The position numbers and the translations under genes were made by a program. The notes below the pieces were generated by a model. It worked only from the letters and a program-made list of their open reading frames with translations. It ran no database searches and had not been told where the DNA came from. Positions 9,550 through 20,547 of a DNA stretch of 64,000 bases are shown here, piece after piece. This DNA is from a virus: the IMG/VR virus record IMGVR_UViG_3300030381_000254, positions 69,982 to 133,981 of that record; one strand, written 5' to 3'. The stretch's first letter is position 1, and every line of letters starts with the position of its first letter.

Positions 9550-12500
9550 TATTTATTCAATTTAACTTCAATATTCAATATTCCATTATACTTATTGCTT
9601 AATCGGTAGATTGTATATTCAGCTTTTCCTCCTGAAGCATTTACAACATTTCTACTAGTTTCAACAACATCAGTAACTAAGATATTATTTGCATAGATAG
9701 TATAATTAGTTGCATTCACTTTAGGTATTGCAACATAAATATATTTTCCACCTGTACAATCAAGCTTAGTTAAAGGAAGACTATTTTTCTCATTATCAAA
9801 GAATGAAGTCATAGCTTGTAATTCAGAATCACTAACAGTATTATTAGTTGAAGTTCCTACATATACTTTACTATAGAATTTAACTTGCAATTCTGCACTA
9901 GCTGAAATACCTCTATATCCGGCAGATAATACAAATGTAGTATCAGCTAAAACGTCAGTGATTGATAACGTTCTAGATGCAGGTTCCGCTACATTACCGT
10001 TAATATTTTGAGATTCAGGATTTTCTCCTTCACCTAAACCATTATATTCCCAGTTAAATTTAATAGTAGCATTTTCTCCAATTTCACATTCATATTTATC
10101 TGCTGTAAATGAAGTAATATCAAATCTAGTAACTTCATCTCTCTGATTTGATCCACTTAATCGATACCAAGTACCATAAGCATTAAATATAATATCATAA
10201 GGTAAAAACTCATAACCAAATCTTACACCTTGTCCTCTTACAATATAATAATCTCCTTCTTGCGCATTATTTCCTAAATCATTCTCTAACTTAGGAGAAT
10301 TAATATCAGCATCCCAGAAACCACGATAATGTAAACTATGAATAACTTGATCAGGTAATTGAGTAGTAGGAACCTTACCATCTACTAAATCTGCTTTCTT
10401 ATCAAGGGCTATTTGTGTAGCAGTAGATACAGGTTTATCCATATCAGCTGTATTATTCACATTTCCTAATCCAATTTGGAAAGCAGTAACACTATGAGGA
10501 TTATTCTTATCTGCAACATGAGCATTTAAGATTTCTCCTTGAGACGTAATTGTAGTAGTAAGATCTAATTTAATTTTATTTACTAATTCTTGAGTTGCAT
10601 TAGAGACTGGTTTCTCTAAGTCGTTAGTATTATCTACTCTATCAAGACCAACTTGGGCCTTTGTTACCTGATGAGGATTGCTATAATTTTGAGCATGAGC
10701 ATTTACTATTTGGGTAACACTATCACTTAATGCTGATAAAGCTTCTCTAGTAGCATTAGAAACTGGTTTATTTAAGTCACTTGTATTATCTACATTACCT
10801 AAACCAACTTGTTCTTTCGTTACTCCATGAGGATTTCTTACATCAGCAATATGATCATTAATACTCTTAGTTACTTCTGCTTTAGCTGCACTGATAGCTT
10901 CTGACTGAGCAGTAGATACAGGTTTATCTTTATCGGCTGTATTATCTACATTTCCTAATCCTACCTGTTCTTTTGTTACTTCATGAGGATTAGATTTATT
11001 TGCAATATGTGAAGTAAGTGTTTCACTTCCTTCTCCAATACTTTGCTCTAAATCTTCTTTAACCTTATCTATCGCTGCTTGAGTAGCAGTAGATACAGGT
11101 TTATCCATATCAGAAGTATTATCTACATTAGCTAAACCTACCTGTTCTTTTGTTACCTGATGAGGATTTTCAGTATTAGCTACATGCTCATTTAATTTAT
11201 CTGTAGTAGCTTTACCTTTATCTCCAGGATATGCTGTACTAGAAGTTTCACCAAGTGCTAAAGAAGAAGATATCTCAACGTATTTAGATCCACTCCAACG
11301 ATATATGATATTAGTATCTTTGGCTAAATAGATCTTTCCAATTTCTCCAACTTCTGGGAATTCATCAAGACTATCTGCTTCAACAATATCATCTACGAAG
11401 GAAGGCAATTGAGAACTAGGAACTTTTCCAGATTCATCAAGAGTAGCAACACCACTAGCAACTCCCATTTCAGAACGTTTAACCTGAGCGTCATTAGTTA
11501 CATTGCTTAATCCTACTTGTTCTTTTGTTACCTGATGAGGATTAGACTTATCTGCAATATGAGTAGTTACAGATTCACTTAATCTACTATCTAATTCATC
11601 TAATGCTCTTTGTGTAGCAGTAGATATAGGTTTATCTATATCTCTTGTATTATCTACATCTCCTAAACCAATCTGAGCTTTAGTAACTTCATGAGGATTA
11701 TTCTTATCTGAAGTATGAATAGTAATTTTAGCAGTTAAATCAGATTCAACTTTAGAAATTCTTGCTTCTTGAGCTAATGATACAGGCTTATTTTCATCAC
11801 TAGTATCATCAACGTTACCTAAACCAATCTGAGCTTTAGTAACTTTATGAGGATTATTTTCACTACTAACATGAGCAGTTAATGATGAATTTACTTTATC
11901 AACCTCTGGAAGAATTTCACTCTTAACTTTATCTATTGCTGCTTGTTGAGCTATAGATACTGGTTTATTTAAGTCCGCTGTATTATCTACATTTGCTAAA
12001 CCTACTTGTTCCTTCGTTACTCCGTGAGGATTATTTTTATTTTCTGTATGAAGTGTAATAGTTTGAGTTAAACTATCTTTCGTACTATTTATTAATTCTT
12101 TAGTAGCATTAGAAACTGGTTTATCTAAATCTGCAGTATTATCTACATTACCTAAACCTACTTGAGCTTTTGTTACTTCATGAGGATTAGATTTATTAGT
12201 AGTATGAGATTCTACATCAGATGTTATTTTATCTAGAGCTTCTTGTGTAGCAGTAGATATAGGTTTATCCATATCAGCTGTATTATCTACATTAGCTAAA
12301 CCCACTTGAGCTTTAGTAACATTATGAGGATTTTCAGTATTAGCTACATGTTCATTTAATTTATCTGTAGTAGCCTTACCTTTATTTCCTTCATAAGCTG
12401 TACCTTCAGTTTCCCCTAAATGTATAGGATTTCCAATTTCTACTAAATCAGTACCATCCCATCTATAGATATAATTAGTATCTCTGTTAGAATAAATAGT

Positions 12501-15500
12501 TCCTTTTTCAGGAGTCTTTCCTTCATCAACAGTTGTATCACTAATAGCTGTATAAATCTTCTTATCTTCTTTTACGTAGTAAGTAGTACCAACTACTAAT
12601 CTAGAAGTAGGAATTTGATCTTTACTATCTACAAAATGATCAATACCAAATACTTGAACTACTTTTCCAGGAAGTTGTGAATCTGGAATTTTTCCATTAT
12701 CATCAAGGGTAGCAACTCCGTTAAGAGCACCCATCTCAGAACGTTTAACCTGAGCATCATTAGTAACGTTACCTAAACCTACTTGTTCTTTCGTTACTCC
12801 ATGAGGATTATTTTTATCTGAAATATGTTCATCAATTTTTGAATTAACATCATTAAGTTGATTTAATTCAGCAAAGATAGAACCATCCCAACGATACATT
12901 TTATTCCCCAATCCAGAAGTAATATCTACATAGATAACTCCTGTAATAGGCTCATATGGATGTCCTTGTTTATCATTAAAAGTAGTTTCATTAATGTATT
13001 TACCTTCCAATACATTTATAGCTTCCTTAGGTATTTGTGCCTGAACTAATTTTCCATTAGAGTCTAAAGTAGCAATACCATTAGGTTGTGCTAAAGAATC
13101 ATTAATAGCTTTTAATCCACTAGTTAATACATCTAAAGCTTCTTGTGTAGCAGTAGATATAGGTTTATTCAAGTCACTTGTGTTATCAACTTCACTTAAA
13201 CCAATATCTTCTTTATCTAATACAGGATTTTCAGATATCTTATAACCATTAATAGTATAATTATCTGTAGTTTCTTTATTAGAATCAATATTTTGTTTAA
13301 GTTCGTCTTTAACTGCATCTAATGCTGCTTGTTGAGCTTTAGATACTGGTTTATTAACGTCACTTGTATTATCTACATCTCCTAAACCCACTTGAGCTTT
13401 AGTAACTTGATGTGGATTTTCGAAATCTTCTAAATGAGAATTTACTTTATCAGTAGTTTCTTTACCTTTATCTCCAGGATATGCTGTTCCAGCTATTTCT
13501 CCTAAATGTATAGGATTTCCAATTTCTACTAAATCAGTACCATCCCATCTATAAATTATATTAGTATCTCTATCTGAGTATATTACTCCTTTTTCTGGAG
13601 TCTTTCCCTCATCTAGAGATGTATCACTAATAGCTGTATAAATTTTCTTCTCAAGTTTTGCATAATAAGTAGTTCCGGTATCTAATCTAGAAGTAGGAAT
13701 TTGATCTTTACTATCTACAAAATGATCAATACCAAATACTTCATCTACTTGACCTGGTAATTGCCATGTTGGAATTTTTCCATTTATATCAAGAGTAGCG
13801 ACTCCTTCAGCAACTCCCATTTCTGTTCTCTTAACTTGAGCATCATTAGTTACATTTCCAAGACCTATTTGTTCTTTTGTTACTTCATGAGGATTAGATT
13901 TATTATCAATGTGATCTAATATATCTTGCTCTATATCTCCAGTTTGGCAAAGTTTAACAAACGCTGTACCATTCCAACGATATATATTATTATTAGATCC
14001 ATCAGTAATATCTACATAAATTATTCCTAATGCTGGAGTGTATGGAGAATCTGACCTATCATTAAAAGTAGTTTCATTAATATACTTACCTTCTAGTACA
14101 TTAATTGCTTTACTTGGAATTTGAGATTCTACCAATTTTCCATTAGAATCTAGAGTAGCAATTCCATCAGGTTGAGCTAATGAATCATTTAATTTATTAG
14201 CTAGTTCTTTAACTGAATCTAAATCAGATTGTGCTGCTTTAGAATTCAATTCATCTGTTAAACCACTAATATCTGCAATTTCAATTACTACTTCTCCAGA
14301 CTTTCCATTAACAGATTTTACTGCATCTACATTATCTACCTTAGCCCAATTTCCACCGTTATTAATTACCCAATCTCCAGGTTCGAAATTTATACCGAAT
14401 TGAGATCCAGCAATCGAAACAACATAATATTTTCCAGAATTCTCTGGAGAATTATCTGTTAACTCCGGTATATTCTTAGAAGCATCCCAAGTTCCTGAAT
14501 ATCTTACATTTCCTAATACTGAATCAGGTAATTGAGAACTAGGAACTTTTCCAGATTCATCAAGTGTAGCAACTCCTTCTGCTATACCCATTTCAGCTCT
14601 TTTAACCTGAGCATCATTAGTAACATTACCTAATCCTACCTGTTCTTTTGTTACTTGATGAGGATTAGACTTATCTGCAATATGAGCCTCTACTTTAGAA
14701 TCTACTGTATCAATATTTCCTTGTAATTCTTCTTTTGCTACATTTACGGCTTCATCTACTATATCTTTAATCGAAGTATTTTCATCAATACCTTCAGAAA
14801 GAGTATCTAATTTCTTTTTATCTTCCTTAGACATAGTACCATTAGCTTCCTGTGTAGCTGTAGGTAAATTTGTAGTTGCTAATTCAGTAAAATCTTTAGA
14901 AGTTAGATCATAACTCCAACTATTAGAATCAGCAAATATTTCCCCATAGTAAGTATAAGTTCTCCATACTCCTGTAGTATCTAAAAATTTACACTTAACT
15001 CCAGGTACTCTATATTTAGGATCAGCGTAGCTATCTAATTTAGATATAGCTAATTGAATAGTCCACTGATCTTTATTATCTCCTTGTCCTTCTCCTGGGA
15101 AAAGAGACGTAACATTATATACTATATCTGAATGCTCTTGTAATTTCTTCAATGCATCTAACGTAGCAGTAGAAATCGGCTTATCCATATCAGATGTATT
15201 ATCTACATTTCCTAAGCCAACCTGTTCTTTAGTAACATTATGAGGATTTTCAGTATTAGAAGTATGAGCTTCCAAATCTACCTGAGAAGCTTTAGAATCT
15301 AATTCATCTCTTAAATTTGGAATATCTTCAATAACTAATTCTACTATTCCATCTTTACCATTAACAGATTTTACTGCGTCTACGTTATCTACCTTAGACC
15401 AAGATCCATTACTATTAATTACCCAATCTCCTGCGTCAAAATCAAATCCAAATTGAGATCCCGGAACATCAACAATATAGTAATGTCCATTATCTTCTTC

Positions 15501-17675
15501 ATTTCCTTCTACTAGTTCAGGAGTATTTGTGGAAGCGTTCCAAGTACCCATAAACTTAACATTTCCTAATACAGAATCAGGAAGTTGTGAATCTGGTACT
15601 TTTCCATTATTATCAAGGGTAGCAACACCATTAGCAACTCCCATCTCAGAGCGCTTAACTTGAGCATCGTCCGTAACATTTCCAAGGCCAATGTCAGTTT
15701 TATTTAAGACAGGATTTTCAGATATCTTATAACCATTAACAGTATAATTATCTATTACTTCTTTAGTATCTTCTACGATTTCATTAATCTTATCTACTAT
15801 AGAAACGCCTTCTCCTATACCTTCGGAAAGAGTATCTAATTTCTTCTTATCTTCCTTAGACATAGTACCGTTAGCCTCTTGTGTAGCGGTAGGTAAATCT
15901 ACAGTTGCTAATTCAGTAAAATCTTTAGAAGTTAGATCATATTTCCAAGAACTTACGTCAGTAAATACTTCTCCATAGAAAGTATAAGTTCTCCACTTTC
16001 CATCCTCAGTTATTAATTTAATCTTAACTCCTGGAACTTTGTACTTACTATCAATTGTACCACTTAGTCTAGATATTGCGGATTGTAAATTCCATTGATC
16101 TTTATTATCTCCTTGTCCTTCTCCTGGAAAGAGATCAACTATATTAAATAATACTTCAGTATGTGAAATTAATTCATCTAAAGCTTCTTGAGTAGCAGTA
16201 GATATAGGTTTATCCATATCAGAAGTATTATCTACGTTTCCAAGACCAACATCTTCTTTATTTAAGACAGGATTTTCAGATATCTTATAACCATTAACAG
16301 TATAATTATCTATTACTTCTTTAGTATCTTCTACGATTTCATTAATCTTATCTACTATAGAAACACCTTCCTCTATGCCTTCAGAAAGAGTATCGAATTT
16401 CTTCTTATCTTCCTTAGACATAGTACCATTAGCTTCTTGTGTAGCTGTAGGTAAATTTGTTGTAGCTAATTCAATAAAATCTTTAGAAGTTAGATCATAG
16501 TTCCATTTAGATTCATCTAATATTTCGGAAGATTCTCCATAGAAAGTATAAGTTCTCCACTTATCTTCATTAGATAAAAATTTTATTTTAATACCTGCTA
16601 ATCTTTCTTCATCTGATAATAGTGAATCTAATTTAGATATGGCTCTAGTTAAAGTCCATTGATTCTTATTATCTCCCATTCCTTCATTAGGAAAAAGAGT
16701 ATTAATATTATAGAGATATTCTGTATGAGATTGCATTTCATCTAGATCAGACTTATACTCTTCTTTTACTTTATTATCTCCTGCATTAATGGCTTCTTGA
16801 ACCCCGCTTAATTTTAGCCCGTTTTCAGATAAACTTAAAAAATCTTCACTACTTTCGTCTCTAAGTATTCCAATAGTAGGATCATTTTTTGTTCCTTCTA
16901 TAATAATACCCTTTCCTTCTGTAGCGGTGATGCTATGAACTGTATTTTCATTTAATGAATCTATCTGATCTTTTAACTCTTTTCCTTGAGATGCTCCTAA
17001 TACTTGTTCAGATTCACCTCCTTCTAAAGAATTAATTATATCAGTTTTCTTTACATATAATTTTTCAGCATCTTCCTTCTTAAGATACGGCTCTAATTCG
17101 ATACCTAAATCATATTCTCCTAATTTCTCCCAAGCTCTAGATTCAAATCCAGCCTCATCATAGACAGTAGTAAGAATATATTCTATATATTTTTGATTCT
17201 CTCCTTCATTTTCTGTTTTTCTTAAGATATATATCTTATTAAACTTTGCTTCTTTTAAAGGAGGAAGTTCATCAACAAATATAAAAATTTCAGTATCCAA
17301 CGTACAAGAAATGATATTATCTTCTGAAATATTAATTCCTGTACCAGCTGTTAACTTATCTTGTTTTTTCTTTAATTCTTCTTGTAATTGATCTTCGGTA
17401 ACATATTCACCTAAAGAGGATTTCCAACCCTCTTCTGAATGACGATTATCCCAACTAATTAATTTATAATTAGATGCTTCACTAACTACATACCATTCTT
17501 GACCAATTGCATCATCTCCAGTATTATCTCCACTATCAGACAATATACAATCTGGTATTTTATACAAAGCTTCTAGAGATGATACAGTTTTGTGTCCTGA
17601 GATTTCTATAGCTCTCGCAATCCCATAACTTTTAGGATTATTAGACACTAATATATCTGCAAATTTTAATGCCAT
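9549..17675 (-). CDS. Giant tail fibre protein, 2708 aa, highly repetitive
   Basis: Its N-terminus is shared with fibre 5379..8090. There are more than 20 tandem copies of a ~35-aa unit NPHxVTKEQVGLGNVDNTSDxDKPVSxATQ. There are three ~185-aa repeats (…LTSKDFTELATTNLPTATQEANGTMSKEDKKKLDTLSEGI…) with near-identical DNA, and repeated …IYRWDGTDLVEIGNPIHLGE… blocks. It shares the C-terminal module with its neighbours. Confidence 0.7.
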   Translation of the reverse strand: MALKFADILVSNNPKSYGIARAIEISGHKTVSSLEALYKIPDCILSDSGDNTGDDAIGQEWYVVSEASNYKLISWDNRHSEEGWKSSLGEYVTEDQLQEELKKKQDKLTAGTGINISEDNIISCTLDTEIFIFVDELPPLKEAKFNKIYILRKTENEGENQKYIEYILTTVYDEAGFESRAWEKLGEYDLGIELEPYLKKEDAEKLYVKKTDIINSLEGGESEQVLGASQGKELKDQIDSLNENTVHSITATEGKGIIIEGTKNDPTIGILRDESSEDFLSLSENGLKLSGVQEAINAGDNKVKEEYKSDLDEMQSHTEYLYNINTLFPNEGMGDNKNQWTLTRAISKLDSLLSDEERLAGIKIKFLSNEDKWRTYTFYGESSEILDESKWNYDLTSKDFIELATTNLPTATQEANGTMSKEDKKKFDTLSEGIEEGVSIVDKINEIVEDTKEVIDNYTVNGYKISENPVLNKEDVGLGNVDNTSDMDKPISTATQEALDELISHTEVLFNIVDLFPGEGQGDNKDQWNLQSAISRLSGTIDSKYKVPGVKIKLITEDGKWRTYTFYGEVFTDVSSWKYDLTSKDFTELATVDLPTATQEANGTMSKEDKKKLDTLSEGIGEGVSIVDKINEIVEDTKEVIDNYTVNGYKISENPVLNKTDIGLGNVTDDAQVKRSEMGVANGVATLDNNGKVPDSQLPDSVLGNVKFMGTWNASTNTPELVEGNEEDNGHYYIVDVPGSQFGFDFDAGDWVINSNGSWSKVDNVDAVKSVNGKDGIVELVIEDIPNLRDELDSKASQVDLEAHTSNTENPHNVTKEQVGLGNVDNTSDMDKPISTATLDALKKLQEHSDIVYNVTSLFPGEGQGDNKDQWTIQLAISKLDSYADPKYRVPGVKCKFLDTTGVWRTYTYYGEIFADSNSWSYDLTSKDFTELATTNLPTATQEANGTMSKEDKKKLDTLSEGIDENTSIKDIVDEAVNVAKEELQGNIDTVDSKVEAHIADKSNPHQVTKEQVGLGNVTNDAQVKRAEMGIAEGVATLDESGKVPSSQLPDSVLGNVRYSGTWDASKNIPELTDNSPENSGKYYVVSIAGSQFGINFEPGDWVINNGGNWAKVDNVDAVKSVNGKSGEVVIEIADISGLTDELNSKAAQSDLDSVKELANKLNDSLAQPDGIATLDSNGKLVESQIPSKAINVLEGKYINETTFNDRSDSPYTPALGIIYVDITDGSNNNIYRWNGTAFVKLCQTGDIEQDILDHIDNKSNPHEVTKEQIGLGNVTNDAQVKRTEMGVAEGVATLDINGKIPTWQLPGQVDEVFGIDHFVDSKDQIPTSRLDTGTTYYAKLEKKIYTAISDTSLDEGKTPEKGVIYSDRDTNIIYRWDGTDLVEIGNPIHLGEIAGTAYPGDKGKETTDKVNSHLEDFENPHQVTKAQVGLGDVDNTSDVNKPVSKAQQAALDAVKDELKQNIDSNKETTDNYTINGYKISENPVLDKEDIGLSEVDNTSDLNKPISTATQEALDVLTSGLKAINDSLAQPNGIATLDSNGKLVQAQIPKEAINVLEGKYINETTFNDKQGHPYEPITGVIYVDITSGLGNKMYRWDGSIFAELNQLNDVNSKIDEHISDKNNPHGVTKEQVGLGNVTNDAQVKRSEMGALNGVATLDDNGKIPDSQLPGKVVQVFGIDHFVDSKDQIPTSRLVVGTTYYVKEDKKIYTAISDTTVDEGKTPEKGTIYSNRDTNYIYRWDGTDLVEIGNPIHLGETEGTAYEGNKGKATTDKLNEHVANTENPHNVTKAQVGLANVDNTADMDKPISTATQEALDKITSDVESHTTNKSNPHEVTKAQVGLGNVDNTADLDKPVSNATKELINSTKDSLTQTITLHTENKNNPHGVTKEQVGLANVDNTADLNKPVSIAQQAAIDKVKSEILPEVDKVNSSLTAHVSSENNPHKVTKAQIGLGNVDDTSDENKPVSLAQEARISKVESDLTAKITIHTSDKNNPHEVTKAQIGLGDVDNTRDIDKPISTATQRALDELDSRLSESVTTHIADKSNPHQVTKEQVGLSNVTNDAQVKRSEMGVASGVATLDESGKVPSSQLPSFVDDIVEADSLDEFPEVGEIGKIYLAKDTNIIYRWSGSKYVEISSSLALGETSSTAYPGDKGKATTDKLNEHVANTENPHQVTKEQVGLANVDNTSDMDKPVSTATQAAIDKVKEDLEQSIGEGSETLTSHIANKSNPHEVTKEQVGLGNVDNTADKDKPVSTAQSEAISAAKAEVTKSINDHIADVRNPHGVTKEQVGLGNVDNTSDLNKPVSNATREALSALSDSVTQIVNAHAQNYSNPHQVTKAQVGLDRVDNTNDLEKPVSNATQELVNKIKLDLTTTITSQGEILNAHVADKNNPHSVTAFQIGLGNVNNTADMDKPVSTATQIALDKKADLVDGKVPTTQLPDQVIHSLHYRGFWDADINSPKLENDLGNNAQEGDYYIVRGQGVRFGYEFLPYDIIFNAYGTWYRLSGSNQRDEVTRFDITSFTADKYECEIGENATIKFNWEYNGLGEGENPESQNINGNVAEPASRTLSITDVLADTTFVLSAGYRGISASAELQVKFYSKVYVGTSTNNTVSDSELQAMTSFFDNEKNSLPLTKLDCTGGKYIYVAIPKVNATNYTIYANNILVTDVVETSRNVVNASGGKAEYTIYRLSNKYNGILNIEVKLNK
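11700..13700 (-). repeat. Tandem array of ~105-nt (35-aa) NPHxVTKEQVGLGNVDNTSD fibre repeats
   Basis: A recurrent DNA motif recurs, ...cctaaaccaacttg(t/a)(t/g)ctttcgttac(t/c)ccatgaggatt.... More than 20 peptide repeats are visible in the translation. Confidence 0.65.
14640..16750 (-). repeat. Intragenic ~185-codon repeats in the giant fibre gene, three copies
   Basis: The DNA is near-identical at about 16255..16515 and 15700..15960, for example ...tttcagatatcttataaccattaacagtataattatctattacttctttagtatcttctacgatttcattaatcttatctactatagaaac.... A third copy lies around 14790..14960. Confidence 0.7.
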
Positions 17676-17686
17676 TGTAATTATAT

Positions 17687-19180
17687 TTATTTAAATTCTA
17701 TAGTAACATTAGTAAATACTCCTGGATGATTTGTAATATATACTTTATAATCAATTCCAATTCCAGCTGCATTGATAACTTCTATTGAGTTTTCAAATTT
17801 ATGAAAAGCTCCTAGAATTGGAAAACCATCCTGATAAATACCTTTCAAGTCACCTAAAGAATCTGGAAAGGCTATTAAATAATACTCATCTTCATCTGTA
17901 GTTACACCTTCTACTTTAGTTTCTAAATTTCCTTCTAAAATTAGTTTAGTATCAGATAAAGATCTAATATCATATTCAACTATATCTTTTTCAGATCCTT
18001 TATGTAAAGTTCCGTAATATATTCTATCAGCAAAAGATACTTTTCTTTTATCTTCAGTTACATCTATTTTCCCATTACTATAAATTACATCTTCTCCTCT
18101 AACCATAAATCCAGTTTTAGGAGCCTCAAGCTTAATTAAAAACTCTGTATCTTCAGTAACATATGTAGATGTAAACATAGAAGACTCTACCCCACTAGGA
18201 GTTAATTCTTTCCACGTTGAATCTTCCGATATGCTAATTGGATCTTTTTTTCCTTCCTCAGATTTCCAAGAATACACTCCTTTAAATACTACTTTATAAC
18301 CCTTTTCTATAATTGGATTATCTCTATCAGGACTTGGATATACTGAAATAGGTTTAAATGAATTATTATAAAATTCCCAAGAACAACTAATTTTAGGAAC
18401 TACTAATTCTTTATTTTCATCCAATAAACTATCTAAATTATCTACTATCTCTAGTAATGATTTAGAAGTACTTTCTACTGCTGATGTAAATACTAAAGTG
18501 TCATTATTAAGAGTAATTACTTCTTTATAATATTTTCCTTTAAATATCCACTCAATAGTAAGAATATGTTTACATTGATATTCACACTCTATAGTACATG
18601 CAGAAGCCGTTACAGGAACTATTCCTCTTCCTTCGTTTACCTTCATTGCTACTATAGACGCAGATAATTTCAATGATTCACAAAGTTTCTTAAATTTATC
18701 TGCTCCTCCAAAAACTTCAGAAATCTCTTCACTAGTACTTTCGCTAGTTAATTCTGAGGTCTTTAATGGAAGTAATAAAACTTTACTATTTATTAAATTT
18801 AATACTTCATTTTCAGACAATGCAAAAAAAGTACCAGCAGTCCAAATCTGTCTAGTCTCTTTTATATACACTATAGATGATTCAGGAATTACTCCTGCAG
18901 ATAGATCTAATTCAAAGCTTTCAATTAAATCATAAACTCTAAAGAAATTACCCCAAAATAAATCTACTCTAGGATCTCTTAAATCTATAATATTTCCAGC
19001 GGAATTTTTTGCCCAGATACTTTCATGACCTTCAAATAATCCTAAACCAAGTTCTCCAACCTCTAATTGTTCTGGTTTAGGCATTTTTCCTTCTTCTATA
19101 GAATTCTTTAATATAATAATAGAAGGAAGAGGAAGCTGGGTATTATCCACTACATTTTTTAATTCTTCACTATTATTCAT
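17687..19180 (-). CDS. Tail fibre or baseplate-associated protein with shared C-terminal module, 497 aa
   Basis: The C-terminus (YYLIAFPDSLG...AGIGIDYKVYIT...FTNVTIEFK) is homologous to the C-termini of the two upstream genes. Confidence 0.5.
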   Translation of the reverse strand: MNNSEELKNVVDNTQLPLPSIIILKNSIEEGKMPKPEQLEVGELGLGLFEGHESIWAKNSAGNIIDLRDPRVDLFWGNFFRVYDLIESFELDLSAGVIPESSIVYIKETRQIWTAGTFFALSENEVLNLINSKVLLLPLKTSELTSESTSEEISEVFGGADKFKKLCESLKLSASIVAMKVNEGRGIVPVTASACTIECEYQCKHILTIEWIFKGKYYKEVITLNNDTLVFTSAVESTSKSLLEIVDNLDSLLDENKELVVPKISCSWEFYNNSFKPISVYPSPDRDNPIIEKGYKVVFKGVYSWKSEEGKKDPISISEDSTWKELTPSGVESSMFTSTYVTEDTEFLIKLEAPKTGFMVRGEDVIYSNGKIDVTEDKRKVSFADRIYYGTLHKGSEKDIVEYDIRSLSDTKLILEGNLETKVEGVTTDEDEYYLIAFPDSLGDLKGIYQDGFPILGAFHKFENSIEVINAAGIGIDYKVYITNHPGVFTNVTIEFK

Positions 19181-19776
19181 TTCCTAAGACATTTAGTACA
19201 TTCAGGAATATCATTATTTACTCTCCATCCTGTATTCGTTACATCATTATAATTATAATAAGAATAACTTTCATCTTCGGGATAAACCCCGGAAGTCCAA
19301 TTTTCAAAGTCTGATACACTTTGTCCAGGAGAACATTCATTTCCACACGGACATTCATTTATCGGATTTTGATATAAAAGGTTTTGATATTGAAACTTTA
19401 TTCTAACTAATAAAGCTGTAATTACATTACTCCAGGAATAGATAAATCTATCTTGATTATATGGAATTTCTTCATTATCTACATAAATCTCTCCATTATC
19501 TATTCCTAACTCTCTTCTAAGATCATCAACATCCCCGTATATAATCTTTGTTTCTCCATGTTCCTTAATATCAAATATCTCTTGAATACTTACTTCAATA
19601 TCTGAACCTTCTGGGAGTAAAGTTAATCTTTTACTTATATAGTCTAAAGTATAAGTAATGTACGGTGCTAATTCACATCTTAAAGAATAATCTATTTGTG
19701 ATATTCCTAAGACAGATTTAATATTTTGAAGAGCTACTTTGTAAATGATATATCCATTTTTATCATTCCACTTCAT
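19177..19776 (-). CDS. Hypothetical structural protein with Cys-rich C-terminus, 199 aa
   Basis: CPCGNECSPGQ...CTKCLRK is a possible zinc ribbon. The gene sits in the structural block. Confidence 0.35.
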   Translation of the reverse strand: MKWNDKNGYIIYKVALQNIKSVLGISQIDYSLRCELAPYITYTLDYISKRLTLLPEGSDIEVSIQEIFDIKEHGETKIIYGDVDDLRRELGIDNGEIYVDNEEIPYNQDRFIYSWSNVITALLVRIKFQYQNLLYQNPINECPCGNECSPGQSVSDFENWTSGVYPEDESYSYYNYNDVTNTGWRVNNDIPECTKCLRK

Positions 19777-19777
19777 A

Positions 19778-20161
19778 TTAATCTTTCACTTCAAAAATAG
19801 TAACACCATTAATCATTATTTTGACTAATGATTTTGTTTCTGGGTTTAAGAAAAAGTATAATCTATCCTTTTCAAATTGAAGAATACTGCTAGCATCAGT
19901 TACCACATCAATTCCTTTACAACTTTCTGATTGCATTATTTTATCAGAAACTGAAATTTGAATACCCTTTTTTGTATTTCCATAACAATCAGAGTTACAA
20001 GTAGCATCTGCAATTCTAATACCATCTCCTTCTAATATTTCAGAAGGACTTATTGCATTTGTATATAAATCTGAAATAGCGTTTTCAATCTTATTAAGAT
20101 TAGCTGCATTAACTGGAGTTTTATTATCAATCCAGGTTGTTTTTATGTAATTATTTTTCAT
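19778..20161 (-). CDS. Hypothetical protein, 127 aa
   Basis: ORF in structural block with tight gene packing. Confidence 0.35.
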   Translation of the reverse strand: MKNNYIKTTWIDNKTPVNAANLNKIENAISDLYTNAISPSEILEGDGIRIADATCNSDCYGNTKKGIQISVSDKIMQSESCKGIDVVTDASSILQFEKDRLYFFLNPETKSLVKIMINGVTIFEVKD

Positions 20162-20182
20162 AATTTTATATTATAATAATAT

Positions 20183-20545
20183 TTACCACTCTCCTCCATC
20201 AATTATATCAAATGGAGCAGACCAATTATCTTCATTTATCCAATTTTCCTCGTCAGTATTAGCACCCTTATAAATAAACTCTAGAAAATTTCCTTCAGAT
20301 CCTAAAAATCTTATTTTCATACCTAATCTTCTTCTAGACTCAGGAACTAATAATACAGCGGTACTTAAATTAAACTTTCTTGAGAAATCATTAGCTTCGG
20401 AATTAATATTACAGAAATCCTTTATTATCTCATTTATATAATTTACACCAGAATTAGCTGTATTATTTACAGAGTTGAAATCCTGATGTGATAAAGAATC
20501 TCCTAATTTCTTCATTCCTACACCAGATGTATTTAATAAATCCAT
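20183..20545 (-). CDS. Hypothetical protein, 120 aa
   Basis: ORF in structural block. Confidence 0.35.
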   Translation of the reverse strand: MDLLNTSGVGMKKLGDSLSHQDFNSVNNTANSGVNYINEIIKDFCNINSEANDFSRKFNLSTAVLLVPESRRRLGMKIRFLGSEGNFLEFIYKGANTDEENWINEDNWSAPFDIIDGGEW

Positions 20546-20547
20546 AA

